This document shows positions 18,721 to 28,300 of a stretch of 64,000 nt of DNA, piece after piece. Below the pieces are notes generated by a model. That model did not search any database, was not told the origin of the DNA, and worked only from the letters and a program-made list of their open reading frames with translations. Position 1 is the first letter of the stretch. Each line of letters begins with the position of its first letter. Origin of the DNA: a virus; IMG/VR virus record IMGVR_UViG_3300027396_000022, positions 1 to 64,000 of that record; one strand, written 5' to 3'. Position numbers and translations under genes: made by a program.

Positions 18721-19914
18721 ATGAGCACCATTTCTTGCCGATACGATTTCTCTCCTATTGAGAAATACGAACTCACGCCAGAAGGTTATCTTCGGGCATG
18801 GGCTTCTATCGCACGCACTGGCATCCAGCATTACACAGATAGTGATGGTTCCATTCGTCGCGAATATCGTCCCGAGACAGAAGTGGCGTCTCCCGAAAGC
18901 CTTGCTTCATTTGCGGGCAAGGCAATCACTTCGGAACACCCCCCTGTGCTTCTCGATTCCGAGAATACTAAAGACTACCAAGTAGGATTTAGTGGCACTG
19001 AAGTGGTATACGACAATGGTTTCGTGAAGGCAGTGATGACAATCACTGACGAAGATACCATTAAGCGCATCATGAAGGGGGATGCTCGTGAGGTAAGCGC
19101 GGGCTATAGGGTGAATTATGATCCCACGCCCGGCGTTACAGAAAACGGCGAACATTACGATGGTATCCAAAAAGAAATCATCGGTAATCACATCGCTGTT
19201 GTCCGCCGGGGCCGCGCTGGCCCGCAAGTGAAGCTCCATCTTGATCGCCAAGATGCTGCTGACCCATCTTTAATCTCTAATACAGGAGACCATCTAATGA
19301 CTGCAAAAGTCGTTTTTGATGGCGCCGAGTTTGAAGTGACGGAGAGCGTTGCTCTTGCGATCACTAAAGAACGTGAAGACGCCAAGATGTCCTACGAGGA
19401 CATGAAGAAAAAGTACGACGAACTGCAGGCCGCTGCCGATTCCATGAAGTCCGAAATGGATGCTATGGGAAAGGAAATGCAAGGCAAGTGCGATTCCGCT
19501 GAGGGTCGTGCTGATGCACTGGCTGAGCAGATCGAAGAACTGAAGACTGAACTGGCTGCCGCCAAGGAAATCAATCTTGATTCCCTGGTTAAAGAGCGCG
19601 TGGCTCTCGTTGAGAAAGCCAAGCCTGTTCTGGATAGCGCCTATGAATTCGCTGGCAAAACTGCCCGTGAAGTGATGGTTGATTCCATCAAGGCAGTGCG
19701 TGGTGATGAGCTTGATCTCTCTGAGAAGAGCGATGACTACGTGCAGGCAATGTTTGACACTCTCTCTGAGGGCCGTTCTGACTCTGCCACCACCGACGAG
19801 CTGCGCAAAGCCGTAGCTTCCATTGCTTCTCCTGTTTCTGCACCCTCTGCCTATATGGACATGCTGCAGAATGCATGGAAGAAGCCCCTTTCCATCTCCA
19901 AGGAGGCTAAGTAA
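18721..19914 (+). CDS. DUF2213 protein (putative prohead protease + scaffold)
   Basis: TPEGYL, ARTGIQ.Y, EVSAGY, NHIAVV..GRAG; coiled-coil C-terminus. Confidence 0.85.
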   Translation: MSTISCRYDFSPIEKYELTPEGYLRAWASIARTGIQHYTDSDGSIRREYRPETEVASPESLASFAGKAITSEHPPVLLDSENTKDYQVGFSGTEVVYDNGFVKAVMTITDEDTIKRIMKGDAREVSAGYRVNYDPTPGVTENGEHYDGIQKEIIGNHIAVVRRGRAGPQVKLHLDRQDAADPSLISNTGDHLMTAKVVFDGAEFEVTESVALAITKEREDAKMSYEDMKKKYDELQAAADSMKSEMDAMGKEMQGKCDSAEGRADALAEQIEELKTELAAAKEINLDSLVKERVALVEKAKPVLDSAYEFAGKTAREVMVDSIKAVRGDELDLSEKSDDYVQAMFDTLSEGRSDSATTDELRKAVASIASPVSAPSAYMDMLQNAWKKPLSISKEAK

Positions 19915-19916
19915 TC

Positions 19917-20477
19917 ATGGCCGTAACTTTCTCTGCTTCGGGCACTGCCTCCGCTGGTGGCGTGCAACAGAGCTACGCTCTGGAGCACACCGCACTGCTG
20001 GAAGGTCAACTGTCCGATATTCGCAGCAACACCATTGGCACTAGCGTCAATGAAACTGGTGCTGTCGTGGCTTTTGGTAACGTTGTTGTTTATAACAACG
20101 CTGGTACTGTTGAAAATTCCGCTTGCACTATCTCGGGCGCTTCCGATACCGTGCTTGGCGTAAACGTGCTCACCTATGTTGATGAAACCGCCCTGGACAC
20201 CAATAGCCGTCCTGGCGTGAAGAATCAGCAGGTGATGAACGTGGCCAACGAAGGCGCAGTGGCCGTCTATGTGACCGGCGCTGTAACTCCTAAGAGCCCC
20301 GTGCGTGTGCTGTATTCCGCCAGTGGCACTGGCAAGGCTGGTCAGTTTTCGCATGCTTTTGCTTCTGGCAAGACCGTTCGCCTCGCTGGCGCACGCTTCC
20401 TGAGCACCACCACTTCCAGCGGCATTGCAATTCTGGAGCTGAATGGCCCCAGCTTTACTCTTTCCGCTGATTCTTGA
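19917..20477 (+). CDS. Capsid decoration/cement protein
   Basis: Position between DUF2213 and MCP; small beta-rich protein. Confidence 0.65.
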   Translation: MAVTFSASGTASAGGVQQSYALEHTALLEGQLSDIRSNTIGTSVNETGAVVAFGNVVVYNNAGTVENSACTISGASDTVLGVNVLTYVDETALDTNSRPGVKNQQVMNVANEGAVAVYVTGAVTPKSPVRVLYSASGTGKAGQFSHAFASGKTVRLAGARFLSTTTSSGIAILELNGPSFTLSADS

Positions 20478-20492
20478 TAGGAGGCCCTAACA

Positions 20493-21401
20493 ATGTCTGA
20501 ATTCCGTATGGATGACGCGGGTCTGTTCCTTGAGCGTCAGCTTGAGTACATCCGCCCCCAAGTGTTTGAAGTGCAGTATGCGGATATTAAGTATCCGACC
20601 ATTCTGCCTGTTACCAGTGAAGCTGGCCCTGGCGCTCAGACCTTCACTTACCGCATCATGGACTCCACTGGTGAGTTCAAGCTGATCGCTGATGCTGCTG
20701 ATGATCTGCCCCGTGCTGACATCAGCCAGACCGAGAAGAGCATCAACATCCGCTCCTTCGGTGGTTCCTTCGGTTATACCGTGCAGGAACTGCGTGCCGC
20801 TCAGATGGCCAACATCGCTCTGGAGCAGCGTCGTGCTGCTGCTGTGCGTCGTGCCTATGAAGAGAAGGTGGAAGAAGTGGCCCTGTTCGGTGAGAGCACC
20901 GTGGGTCTTTCCGGTTTCTTCAACAACTCCACCGTGGATGTTGTGGCCGCTGATAAGTGGTTCACCACTGCAAGCATCACCGCCCAGGAAATGCTTGAGC
21001 TGCTGAACTATGGCGTGACTGCCATTATCAATGGCTCCAAAATGAAGGAGCAGCCCGACACTATCCTCATGGCTTATGAGGATTACAACAAGGTGAGCAC
21101 CACTCGCAACTCCGACTCCTCGGATGTGACCGTGCTGGAATACTTCCTGCGCACCAACCCCTACATCCGCAATGTTGAGCCCATCAACCAACTGGATGCT
21201 GATAACAGCGTGCTGAACACCAACCGCATGGTTGTGTATAAGCGCGATCCCGAGAAAGTGCAACTGCACATTCCTCAGCCCCTGGAACTCTTCCCGCCCC
21301 AACAGCGCGGCCTTGAGTTCATCGTTCCCGCTCATGCTCGCGTGGGTGGCGTGGCTCTGTACTATCCCAAGAGCGTTATCTACGTTCAGGCTTCTAGCTG
21401 A
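20493..21401 (+). CDS. Major capsid protein, DUF2184 / linocin-like HK97 fold
   Basis: FLERQLEYI, DLPR.D, GY...ELRAA, GGV..YYP; strong codon bias. Confidence 0.88.
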   Translation: MSEFRMDDAGLFLERQLEYIRPQVFEVQYADIKYPTILPVTSEAGPGAQTFTYRIMDSTGEFKLIADAADDLPRADISQTEKSINIRSFGGSFGYTVQELRAAQMANIALEQRRAAAVRRAYEEKVEEVALFGESTVGLSGFFNNSTVDVVAADKWFTTASITAQEMLELLNYGVTAIINGSKMKEQPDTILMAYEDYNKVSTTRNSDSSDVTVLEYFLRTNPYIRNVEPINQLDADNSVLNTNRMVVYKRDPEKVQLHIPQPLELFPPQQRGLEFIVPAHARVGGVALYYPKSVIYVQASS

Positions 21402-21456
21402 GGATAGTTAATCAAGGGAGGGACGTTAAGCTATGAACAATTGTTTTTTTTGAACA

Positions 21457-21843
21457 ATGCTAATTGCTTATCGTCCCGAACTTGAAAACCCGCCCCGTGA
21501 AGGCGGGTTTGGCATTATTACGCAAACAGGTATGATCCAACTCACGCCTGGTCTTAATCAAGATATTCCAGAACATCAATGGAAAGTGGCTCGTGAGAAT
21601 AAGGCAGTAAAACGCCTTATGAACATTGGAGCCATTGAGGAAGTGCGAGAGCAGATCATGGTGGAAGACATTCCGCAAGATGTGCAAACGCTTTCTCAGA
21701 TGCCAATGGTGGAAGCCATCCGCATGATTGAACTCATTCATGATCCAGATCAATTGAATGGCTGGAAAAAGATTGAAGGCCGCGTGCGCGTGCGCAATGC
21801 CATTAATAAGCGCATTGAAAACATTCGCATTGGGAAAGCCTGA
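21457..21843 (+). CDS. Hypothetical virion-associated protein
   Basis: Follows MCP; E.RVRVRNAI.KR tail. Confidence 0.6.
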   Translation: MLIAYRPELENPPREGGFGIITQTGMIQLTPGLNQDIPEHQWKVARENKAVKRLMNIGAIEEVREQIMVEDIPQDVQTLSQMPMVEAIRMIELIHDPDQLNGWKKIEGRVRVRNAINKRIENIRIGKA

Positions 21844-21845
21844 TT

Positions 21846-22157
21846 ATGGCCGTTACTTATGCGAGTTTTCTTGAGCGGTTCCCTGAATTCACTCCCCATC
21901 CATCGGGAATTGTGAATGGCGCCATCTCTGAAGCCACCTACGATGCTTCTGCAGACGTGTTTGGGGAACAAACTGATAGAGCAGTTAAATTTCTTGCTGC
22001 TCATATCATTGCCATCCAACTTGCACAAATGGGCATTCAAATTGGTGCCACTGAAGGCAAGGTGTATGGTGAGGGGCTAGATGCCACTCAATACGGTCAA
22101 GAGTTTAAGCGTATGCTGAATACGCTGCCTTCTTCTTCTGTTGGTTTCGTTGTATGA
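21846..22157 (+). CDS. Head-tail adaptor, DUF4054-like
   Basis: F.ERFPEF, LAAH, T.YGQEF. Confidence 0.75.
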   Translation: MAVTYASFLERFPEFTPHPSGIVNGAISEATYDASADVFGEQTDRAVKFLAAHIIAIQLAQMGIQIGATEGKVYGEGLDATQYGQEFKRMLNTLPSSSVGFVV

Positions 22158-22543
22158 GCAATTTTCTGGAGCCACTTGCCAATTCCACACTGGTATGGTC
22201 GGTGGCTTCAGGCTATGCACTTGATAGCGAAACTGGAAATTACGTTGCCGTTGCAACAGGCGTCACTTATTACGCCACGTTAAGGCAGAAGCGTAATCCT
22301 CAGTACGATTATTTGCTTGGTGCAGATCAAACTGCTGTCTACATGGAGGGGCGTCTCACTTCTCCATTAACGCTTTCCGGCGTAACGCCTGGTGATTCTG
22401 CTCAAGCAACGATCAATGGAAGAGAAGGGCGCTTTGAACTGTTGCCAAACGAGGAGATTGCTATTCATTATTGGCAGTTCCTCGGCACGCCAATTAGAGG
22501 AATTTTTAGACTAATTGGCAAAGGAAGCGTTGATAACGCTTAA
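22154..22543 (+). CDS. Putative head-closure protein
   Basis: Synteny. Confidence 0.5.
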   Translation: MSNFLEPLANSTLVWSVASGYALDSETGNYVAVATGVTYYATLRQKRNPQYDYLLGADQTAVYMEGRLTSPLTLSGVTPGDSAQATINGREGRFELLPNEEIAIHYWQFLGTPIRGIFRLIGKGSVDNA

Positions 22544-22575
22544 TCACTTTTCTTTCCATTGCTGAGGATCTTCTC

Positions 22576-23154
22576 ATGCTTTACCATCCCACAGAACTGG
22601 TGAAGAGCCAAGACGTGATTGTGCGTGTTGGCTCGATCAGTGGCACCAGCCGCCCCGTAATCACCCAGAGCGGCGCCACCTTCAGCGTAAGCGGCGCTCC
22701 CACTCTTTACACTCTGCAAGCTGCTACCACGGCTTCTGTTGCCTTCAATGATGGCAATACTGAGTTCTACCTGCTTGGCGGCGGTGGTTTTGCTGATAGC
22801 GTAATTGTTACCAGCCAAGCCACTGCATCCATTACTTCCTATTTCCAAAAGGATGTTGATGGCACCGTGTTTGTGCCGAATAGCTTTGACGAGGCTTTCC
22901 AGGTGATCAGCTCGGCTCGTTATGACAAGAACGCTGAGGTGTACGTGGAAATCAACAAGCAGCTTGGCGCTTCAGGCACCACTTATTACTATGACCGAGT
23001 GGCTTACGTGGGTCGCGTGATGAACTACAACGAGAGCTATCCTGCTGATAACCTCGTGGAATGCACCTTCGATCTGATTAGCCGTGGTCGCATTGGCATT
23101 CATCAGAATGCCTCCGAGACTGGCTCGATCATCCCGACTGCTCCTAATAGCTGA
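22576..23154 (+). CDS. Major tail tube protein
   Basis: Ser/Thr/Gly rich, biased codons, NLVECTFDLISRG end, followed by a terminator. Confidence 0.7.
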   Translation: MLYHPTELVKSQDVIVRVGSISGTSRPVITQSGATFSVSGAPTLYTLQAATTASVAFNDGNTEFYLLGGGGFADSVIVTSQATASITSYFQKDVDGTVFVPNSFDEAFQVISSARYDKNAEVYVEINKQLGASGTTYYYDRVAYVGRVMNYNESYPADNLVECTFDLISRGRIGIHQNASETGSIIPTAPNS

Positions 23155-23177
23155 TTCATCTTTCCATAGATCTTTGC

Positions 23178-23207
23178 TAGCCTTCCCTTACGGGGAGGCT
23201 ATTTTAT
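23178..23207 (+). terminator. Intrinsic terminator
   Basis: tagccttccc-ttac-ggggaggcta then ttttatt. Confidence 0.7.
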
Positions 23208-23208
23208 T

Positions 23209-23619
23209 GTGAACATTGCACAACTTCGGGAAGTGGTTACTGAGCTACTTTCCGCATCGCCTAATTTAATTGGCACTTATACATTGCCAAATAATTCAAC
23301 GCTTCCTGCTGTTTACGTAGTGGGAAGGCAAAGCGTGCCGCACGAATGGAAAGTGAAGGGACTGGAAGTGACAATGAGAGAGTTTCCAATCCTTAATCCT
23401 GGCTCTCCATTGGGAGGCACTGTAAAAGTGAGTCAAGTATGGGAAGTGGTTTTAACTCAATTTACACCCAGTAGCAATACGCTCGCTACAGCGATGGACA
23501 GAATGGTTAGACGTTTTCCTGATGCCACGCCAAGATATTTTCAGGGAGATGATATTGCCTATGAGCGCTGTCGATTTTTGATTCCAGATTTAATTCTCCG
23601 TAATTTAATTGCGCCATGA
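23209..23619 (+). CDS. Putative tail terminator/completion protein
   Basis: Synteny and size. Confidence 0.5.
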   Translation: MNIAQLREVVTELLSASPNLIGTYTLPNNSTLPAVYVVGRQSVPHEWKVKGLEVTMREFPILNPGSPLGGTVKVSQVWEVVLTQFTPSSNTLATAMDRMVRRFPDATPRYFQGDDIAYERCRFLIPDLILRNLIAP

Positions 23620-24068
23620 GTGGAATCATCAATGGAGGCTCAATTATTAACGGAAAAATTCTTGAGCAAAAATTAGCGCAAGCTTTTGAAACTTGGGCAC
23701 GTTTTGATGCGAACGATTATTTTCGCGGACAATTTACGGAAGACAAGTGGAACTATCCTGGAGAGACAGAAAGGAAAAGCGGAGAACTTGCCAGGGATCC
23801 ACGTAATATTTTCGATCTTGGCGATCTTTATAGAAGTGGTAGGGATAGCTTTAAAATTACGCAAGGAAGCATAGATATCACTGCATCGTGGGATTGGGAT
23901 GCAAAGAATAGTTCAGGAAGAGGCTATGCGTGGTATGTTCATGAAGGACTGTCAACTAATTTGGCGCCAAGGCAGTGGACAGACGTGTTTCAGCAGCGCG
24001 ATCTATTTGCAAGTAGCAATGTAAGCAAGGAGCTAAGATCGCGAATACGTAAAGCATTGGGCAAATGA
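23616..24068 (+). CDS. Putative neck/tail completion protein
   Basis: PRNI.DLG.L..S, YA.YVHEG, PR.WT motifs. Confidence 0.55.
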   Translation: MSGIINGGSIINGKILEQKLAQAFETWARFDANDYFRGQFTEDKWNYPGETERKSGELARDPRNIFDLGDLYRSGRDSFKITQGSIDITASWDWDAKNSSGRGYAWYVHEGLSTNLAPRQWTDVFQQRDLFASSNVSKELRSRIRKALGK

Positions 24069-24322
24069 ACATCGATTATCTATGGAACCAGGATAATACT
24101 GTGCATGCCATTAATTGCGAGCTTAACGGCATGGCTCTAGACGTTGGCATATTATGCCTTATTTCTTGCCGGGAAGAGACGCTTAGAATAAGCAACGAAA
24201 ATCATTCAATGCTGGTTGAAGTGCCTAAGGAATTTCGCTCTAACAGCGAAAGAGTGAAGGTGTTCAACGCATTGTTAAACGTTCTTGATCATGAGCAAAT
24301 ACAGCTTCCTTCTGCAAACTAA
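24065..24322 (+). CDS. Hypothetical protein
   Basis: Overlapping operon ORF. Confidence 0.55.
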   Translation: MNIDYLWNQDNTVHAINCELNGMALDVGILCLISCREETLRISNENHSMLVEVPKEFRSNSERVKVFNALLNVLDHEQIQLPSAN

Positions 24323-24827
24323 AGCTGAAGATTATTGTGAGCTTCTTCCCGAAATTCGACTCAAGAAATACGGTGGTTGGCTTGTGGCCGAAGCCATTGA
24401 ACAGGAAGAAATTAGTAAACTGCAAAGCCAAGCTACTATTAAAGCTGTGCAACTGGCTAAGCGTATTGCCACTGCAAAGGACATCCCATTAGACGAAGCT
24501 TTCGGTTTACTTCAAGGCGGTGGCGGCTCTATTACTGAGGCTGAGCTTCTTTCCGAATACACGGAAGAAACCCTCAGTATGATTACCAGCGGCTCTTCAG
24601 TGGAAAGCACTAACGCTCGTATGGTTACTGCCTTTATTCGCTCTCGCGGTCAAGGCTTAATTGACGGGGAATGGCAAGACCTTTCTGATTGGGAATTGGA
24701 TGATACCAAAAATCTGCCTCGCAAAGCCATTGCCAAAGTGGTTGAATTTATTGCCGAAGAACAAAATGCTGAGACGCAGGAGGCAGTGGCCGCAAAAAAA
24801 GCAACGAAGAGGAATTCTCCTCAGTAG
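24291..24827 (+). CDS. Tail assembly chaperone (gpG-like)
   Basis: Two ORFs before the TMP; slippery A-AAA-AAA at 24794-24800. Confidence 0.75.
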   Translation: MSKYSFLLQTKAEDYCELLPEIRLKKYGGWLVAEAIEQEEISKLQSQATIKAVQLAKRIATAKDIPLDEAFGLLQGGGGSITEAELLSEYTEETLSMITSGSSVESTNARMVTAFIRSRGQGLIDGEWQDLSDWELDDTKNLPRKAIAKVVEFIAEEQNAETQEAVAAKKATKRNSPQ

Positions 24828-25267
24828 CAGAAATGCTGGAAGCGCGAGCGCGTAACCAGTTAAAGGGACTGACAGATTGGAATGAAATTTATTTCCGACT
24901 TTCTGCGTCGGATTTTCATGATAGACGATGGCATGCTGATCAATTTGGTCGGCAGCCATTGTCTGACATTAAGCGTGCATTGAAATATTTAGACAAACAC
25001 GACATTGCAAAATACAATGTGCAGAGCGTTGCTATTGCAAAGCTTGGCACTATGGCCGCTGGCATGATGGTAGGACGCAAGTCTAAAATTAAGCCGGAAG
25101 ACTTTCTGCCCTTTGACACTAAAGCCATCAAGAAAGATACTGGCGTTACTGATGCCAGCTTGATTGTTCTTCAACGTTTAATGAAGACAAGAAAAATGGA
25201 CGGCAGGGTGATTGCATTGCTCGCCGATGATTTAAAAGCTTTTTCTGGGCGTAATCAAGAGCAATGA
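24794..25267 (+). CDS. Tail assembly chaperone gpT-like (-1 frame)
   Basis: -1 frame open from the slippery site (KKSNEEEFSSVAEMLEAR...). Confidence 0.7.
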   Translation, partial: KKSNEEEFSSVAEMLEARARNQLKGLTDWNEIYFRLSASDFHDRRWHADQFGRQPLSDIKRALKYLDKHDIAKYNVQSVAIAKLGTMAAGMMVGRKSKIKPEDFLPFDTKAIKKDTGVTDASLIVLQRLMKTRKMDGRVIALLADDLKAFSGRNQEQ

Positions 25268-25301
25268 TTATTGAATGAAGGGAATGTGATTAGAAAGCAA
25301 G

Positions 25302-28300
25302 ATGGCAGCTCAAGACGCCGAATTGAAGCTTAAGGTAAGTCTTGACCTGGCATTTTTCAGGCAGCAATTAGCAGGGCTTGGACAAGCTGCTGCTGGCACT
25401 CCATTGCCAGTGCAAATTAGATTTGATAGGCGTAGTGTGCAAAACGAGCTTAATGCTCTTGGCGCAAATATTAGACGCAGAAATTATACGCTTAATGTTA
25501 ACACTAATTTAAAGGCTGAAATTGAGAATGCGTCTAAATTGGCTAAAGCTCTGAATGAGCTAGGAAGATCCAGAGGCACCGCTCAGCAAGGGATCAATCA
25601 ACAGCTTGGGCTTGGTCAATTGTTAAAAGGCCCACAATCTGGGGGTATTGGCAGTAAAGATGTAGAAAGGCTTTATCGTGCAGCGGCTAGGGCTGGCATC
25701 CTTGAATACAGCAAAGAAGTAGCGAGAACAAAAGCTTCTGCGGTGGCAGCACTAGAAGAGGTTGGCAGCGATAGCGTAAAAGGTCTTCTTAATGGCCTTA
25801 AGAGCGAAGACGAAAAGTTGAGAGCAGCAGCCGAATATCTTGGAGAGTCTTTAATTAAGACGGTAAAGAATGTTCTTGGCATTGCATCGCCTTCTCGTGA
25901 ATTTAAGAAGATTGGCCAAAATGTAGGCGAAGGTTTCCAGCAGGGCATGATGTCCTCGATGGATAAAGCCTTCGATGCAGTAGAAGGGCTAATGCGGGCA
26001 CGCATGAAAGTGCTCGATACTATTGCTCGCGGCATGTTCCGCATGGCAGGCATTGACCCTGCTGCTATCAGGGCCGAAGCTGCTCAACGCCGCGCATTGC
26101 CTGGCGTTAATTTCCCTGCGACAGTGCCGCCTCGCAATGTTTCAATTGGTCCGTCTGGAACAGGTAGAGCATTGCCGCCTGGAGCCATTCCTTCTGCATT
26201 GCCTGGCACTGCATTTGGTGCGCAACGTTATTTACCTACTGCATTAAGTGACGAGCTGAAAACAATTTTACGTGGAGCCGCATTTGCTTTTGTTGACTCT
26301 CTTAAGCAGCAAGTAAGAAGCACTCGCATTGGCCTTGGAGCAACACAACAGCCTTTACTTGGGGCCAGTCGTATTGCTGGCTTACTTCCCGCTGGCGTTG
26401 GTCGTGCTCCCAGCGTTTATTCAACAGGTGCAGTTGGCGGCGAAACCCGCGCAGAAATGATGGCGCGTCGCGAACGTGAAGCCCGCATGCGCTCGGATTT
26501 ACGTGGCATGGATGTAATCGGAGGTGGGGCTGGTCGCACTCCTTCTCCTTACAGCTATGCGTATCGCGGGGCGCGTCCCACTAGCGCCATTGTTCCCTAT
26601 GCAACTGGAGGGGCAATTGTACCTCAGCCGTCGATGGCGGGAGGCGGTGCGCAGCCTCCTGCCGGCGGCGGTGGTGGACGATTTGGTGGCTTTGGTGGCA
26701 TGATTCCAGGCGCTGGTGATTTTGGTCGCGCCATTGGAGGAGTGAATCTACCTGGCACTGGAACAATTAGAGAGCTTGGACAGGAGTTTGGTTTTGCCGC
26801 TAAGCAAGTTGTGTTGTTTGGCCAGGCGTATAAATTACTTGCATTCATTCAAAATCTTCCAGCGCAAGTGGGTGCAGCAGTTGGACAATTACAAAGTTTT
26901 AGGAATACATTAAATGCAGTCACTCCTTCCACTGAAGAGGCTCGGGCGTCTAATGAGCTTTTGCTCGGACTCATGGAGAAATATAACGTGCCTTTGCAAT
27001 CAGCACGTGATGGCTTTACTAAGCTATACGCTTCCATGGCTCCCGCTGGTTTCAGTGGAAACGAAATCAGAGACTTATTCACCGGCATTACAAAAGCTGC
27101 GGCCACGTTTGGCATGAGCGCAGATAAAGTTGATCGCGTTAACTATGCCTTTGCTCAGATGGCTAGTAAGGGGCAAGTGATGAGCGAAGAACTTAAAGGT
27201 CAGTTGGGCGATGTTCTGCCTGGTGCAATGGCTTTGTTTGCTGAAGCAGCAGGATTTAAAGGGCCTAAGGCCATTCAAGACTTTTCCGCTGCCTTGGAAG
27301 ATGGCGCCTATAAAGGAGAGGCAATGGTTGCATTGCTGAAAAATGTAACTGTTGTAATGAATAAAGAGTTTGGTCCTGGCGCTGAAGGCGCGGCGCGAAC
27401 TTTCCAGGGCGTAATGAACCGCATGCAAAACTCAATGGCTCTTTTCTATGAGAGCTTTGAACCTGTTGCAGTGGGATTCTTGAATAGCGTTGTTGCCCCG
27501 ATGACGGACGGCATCAAACAGCTTACCGATGGACTTAATGCCTTTTTTACTGGTACAGCAGCAAAAACAGCAGGAGGATTTGCTATTGCTCAAGAGCTGG
27601 AGCGGCTGCGTCCGGCATTTGATGGCATTGGACAAAACGTGTCTACTTTTGTTGTTCAATTGGGAGAACTTGCAAGAGTTGCTCTTGATGTTGGCAAGGT
27701 ATTCTTGCAAATTGCTGGCAATCCAATTGTTGGTTATCTTGCAAAGCTTTATGCGATTGCTCTTCCCATCAATATTGCGCTTGGCGTGATGCGTGGATTG
27801 TGGGCTGCTAATGCATTGCAACTGTTAATTTTCAATGCAAGAGTTGCTTCTGGTACTTCGACTTTATCAGCGTTCAGGGGGATGATGGCTGCAACAGGCG
27901 CTACAGCGCAAACTACTGCAGCTTCCATCCGCACTGCTGGTATCACCTTGCGCACTTTCTTCGCGACAACTGGCGTTGGCTTGGTTGTTGTTGGTATCAG
28001 TATGCTCATTGAGAAATTCCTGACAATGAACCAGGCACTGGCTGATACCAAAGCAAAGGCGATGGGTGCGGTGCAGGCTATTCGCTCAATGTCACAAACG
28101 GAAGCTCGCGCAGCCGAACAGCAGGCGCAGTCGGCCTATCAAACAATTGGAGCGATTGCAGGGCGTGGTGGTACTCAGCAACCAGGCGGAGATCGTCTTG
28201 TTCCCGTGAGCGAAAGAGAACTTAAGCAACTTCAGGGACTTGGCGCCATTCGCTCGCAACAGACCCCAGGTGGCCCGATCTACGTGAAGAGAAGCGAGGT

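Noticed and set aside
20487-21335. Long antisense ORFs opposite highly expressed genes (also 3180-3812, 4205-4846, 61826-62755)
   Set aside because: Shadow frames caused by codon bias of the sense genes
20493-21401. Encapsulin/bacteriocin call
   Set aside because: Context in a head-tail operon shows it is the phage capsid protein
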